Source: Anaerovoracaceae bacterium (GTDB lineage: Bacteria > Bacillota > Clostridia > Peptostreptococcales > Anaerovoracaceae). From it: a stretch of DNA of 64,000 bases. Position 1 is the stretch's first letter; each line of letters opens with the position of its first letter. A program made the translations under genes and the position numbers. This document shows, in pieces, positions 63,688-64,000 of the stretch. The notes under the pieces are model-generated. The model saw only the letters and a program-made list of their open reading frames with translations, made no database searches and was not told where the DNA came from. The DNA is taken from assembly GCA_045546135.1 (NCBI GenBank), contig JAZQCD010000010.1, forward strand, positions 1,766 to 65,765, written 5' to 3'.

Positions 63688-64000
63688 ATGATCTGCCGTA
63701 ACTGTCACAAAAATATTCCTTCAGACAGCGAGATCTGCCCGGAGTGCGGCGTGCGAATCAAAAAATCTGAGGGCAAGTTTTATGATGCTGCTTCGAAAGC
63801 GGGTTTTGAGAGCAAAGGAAAGGAAACGAGTTCCTCCGGTTTTACAAGTTCTGTTTTCGATACGCCTGTATCAACGCAGAAAAAAAGAAAAAATCCAAGA
63901 GGCGTGGTATTCCTGGTGATCGCTCTCATCATGATGGTAGTCATAGCTGTCACTTCCTTGATCTTTGTGAACATGTCAAGGATGAGAAAGCGCGGACAGG
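63688..64000 (+). CDS. zinc-ribbon membrane protein, truncated by the window end
   Basis: MICRNCHKNIPSDSEICPECG... followed later by a TM helix (VVFLVIALIMMVVIAVTSLIFV). The RBS GGGGGAG lies upstream. It is absent from the ORF track because no stop falls inside the window. Confidence 0.6.
   Translation, partial: MICRNCHKNIPSDSEICPECGVRIKKSEGKFYDAASKAGFESKGKETSSSGFTSSVFDTPVSTQKKRKNPRGVVFLVIALIMMVVIAVTSLIFVNMSRMRKRGQ

Noticed and set aside
1-64000. Mobile elements, prophage, CRISPR arrays, tRNA/rRNA genes and toxin-antitoxin pairs
   Set aside because: I saw no transposase, integrase or recombinase-like ORF, no terminal inverted repeats flanking a block, and no regularly spaced direct repeats. 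No intergenic region is long enough and structured like a tRNA. The lone XRE regulator (9885-10214) has no small partner ORF.

Overview
The window looks like a chromosomal segment of a Gram-positive anaerobe, probably Clostridia. Supporting signs are strong GGAGG-type ribosome-binding sites, a perfect CIRCE/HrcA operator, a lipobox lipoprotein, a sortase-type sorting signal, NfnAB and dockerin modules. I support about 55 CDS and saw no rRNA, tRNA, CRISPR array, transposase or integrase. In order, the content is: (1) the tail of a cobalamin cluster, with cbiC and a Cys-rich-domain/ThrH-like fusion. (2) A DtxR-family regulator and a feoA-feoB iron-uptake locus, with four copies of a GTTAGC-N4-ACTAAC palindrome and two small Cys-rich membrane proteins, one fused to an HMA domain. 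(3) An envelope/stress group containing TelA and an XpaC-like protein. (4) An XRE regulator followed by a MoxR / DUF58 / transglutaminase-like operon. (5) A large nucleoside catabolism and salvage block: pyk, an MtnA-like isomerase, cdd, deoC, deoB, a BMP-type ABC importer, udp, tdk and punA. (6) The most unusual part, at about 28.5-42.3 kb. Here a giant S8 subtilase (about 2077 aa) and two unknown secreted proteins all end in dockerin modules. The last gene encodes a cohesin-like protein with a sorting signal that would anchor it to the cell wall. This is a compact cohesin-dockerin display system that is apparently not cellulosomal. (7) Housekeeping and accessory genes: CIRCE-controlled hsp20, a flavin reductase, a GPH transporter, TetR regulators, psuG, an M18 aminopeptidase, YegP, a Sir2 deacylase, rlmH, putP, nfnAB-nadK, and a Cys-rich single-pass membrane protein. 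All calls rest on reading the supplied translations and the DNA by eye. No database search, HMM scan or folding program was run.
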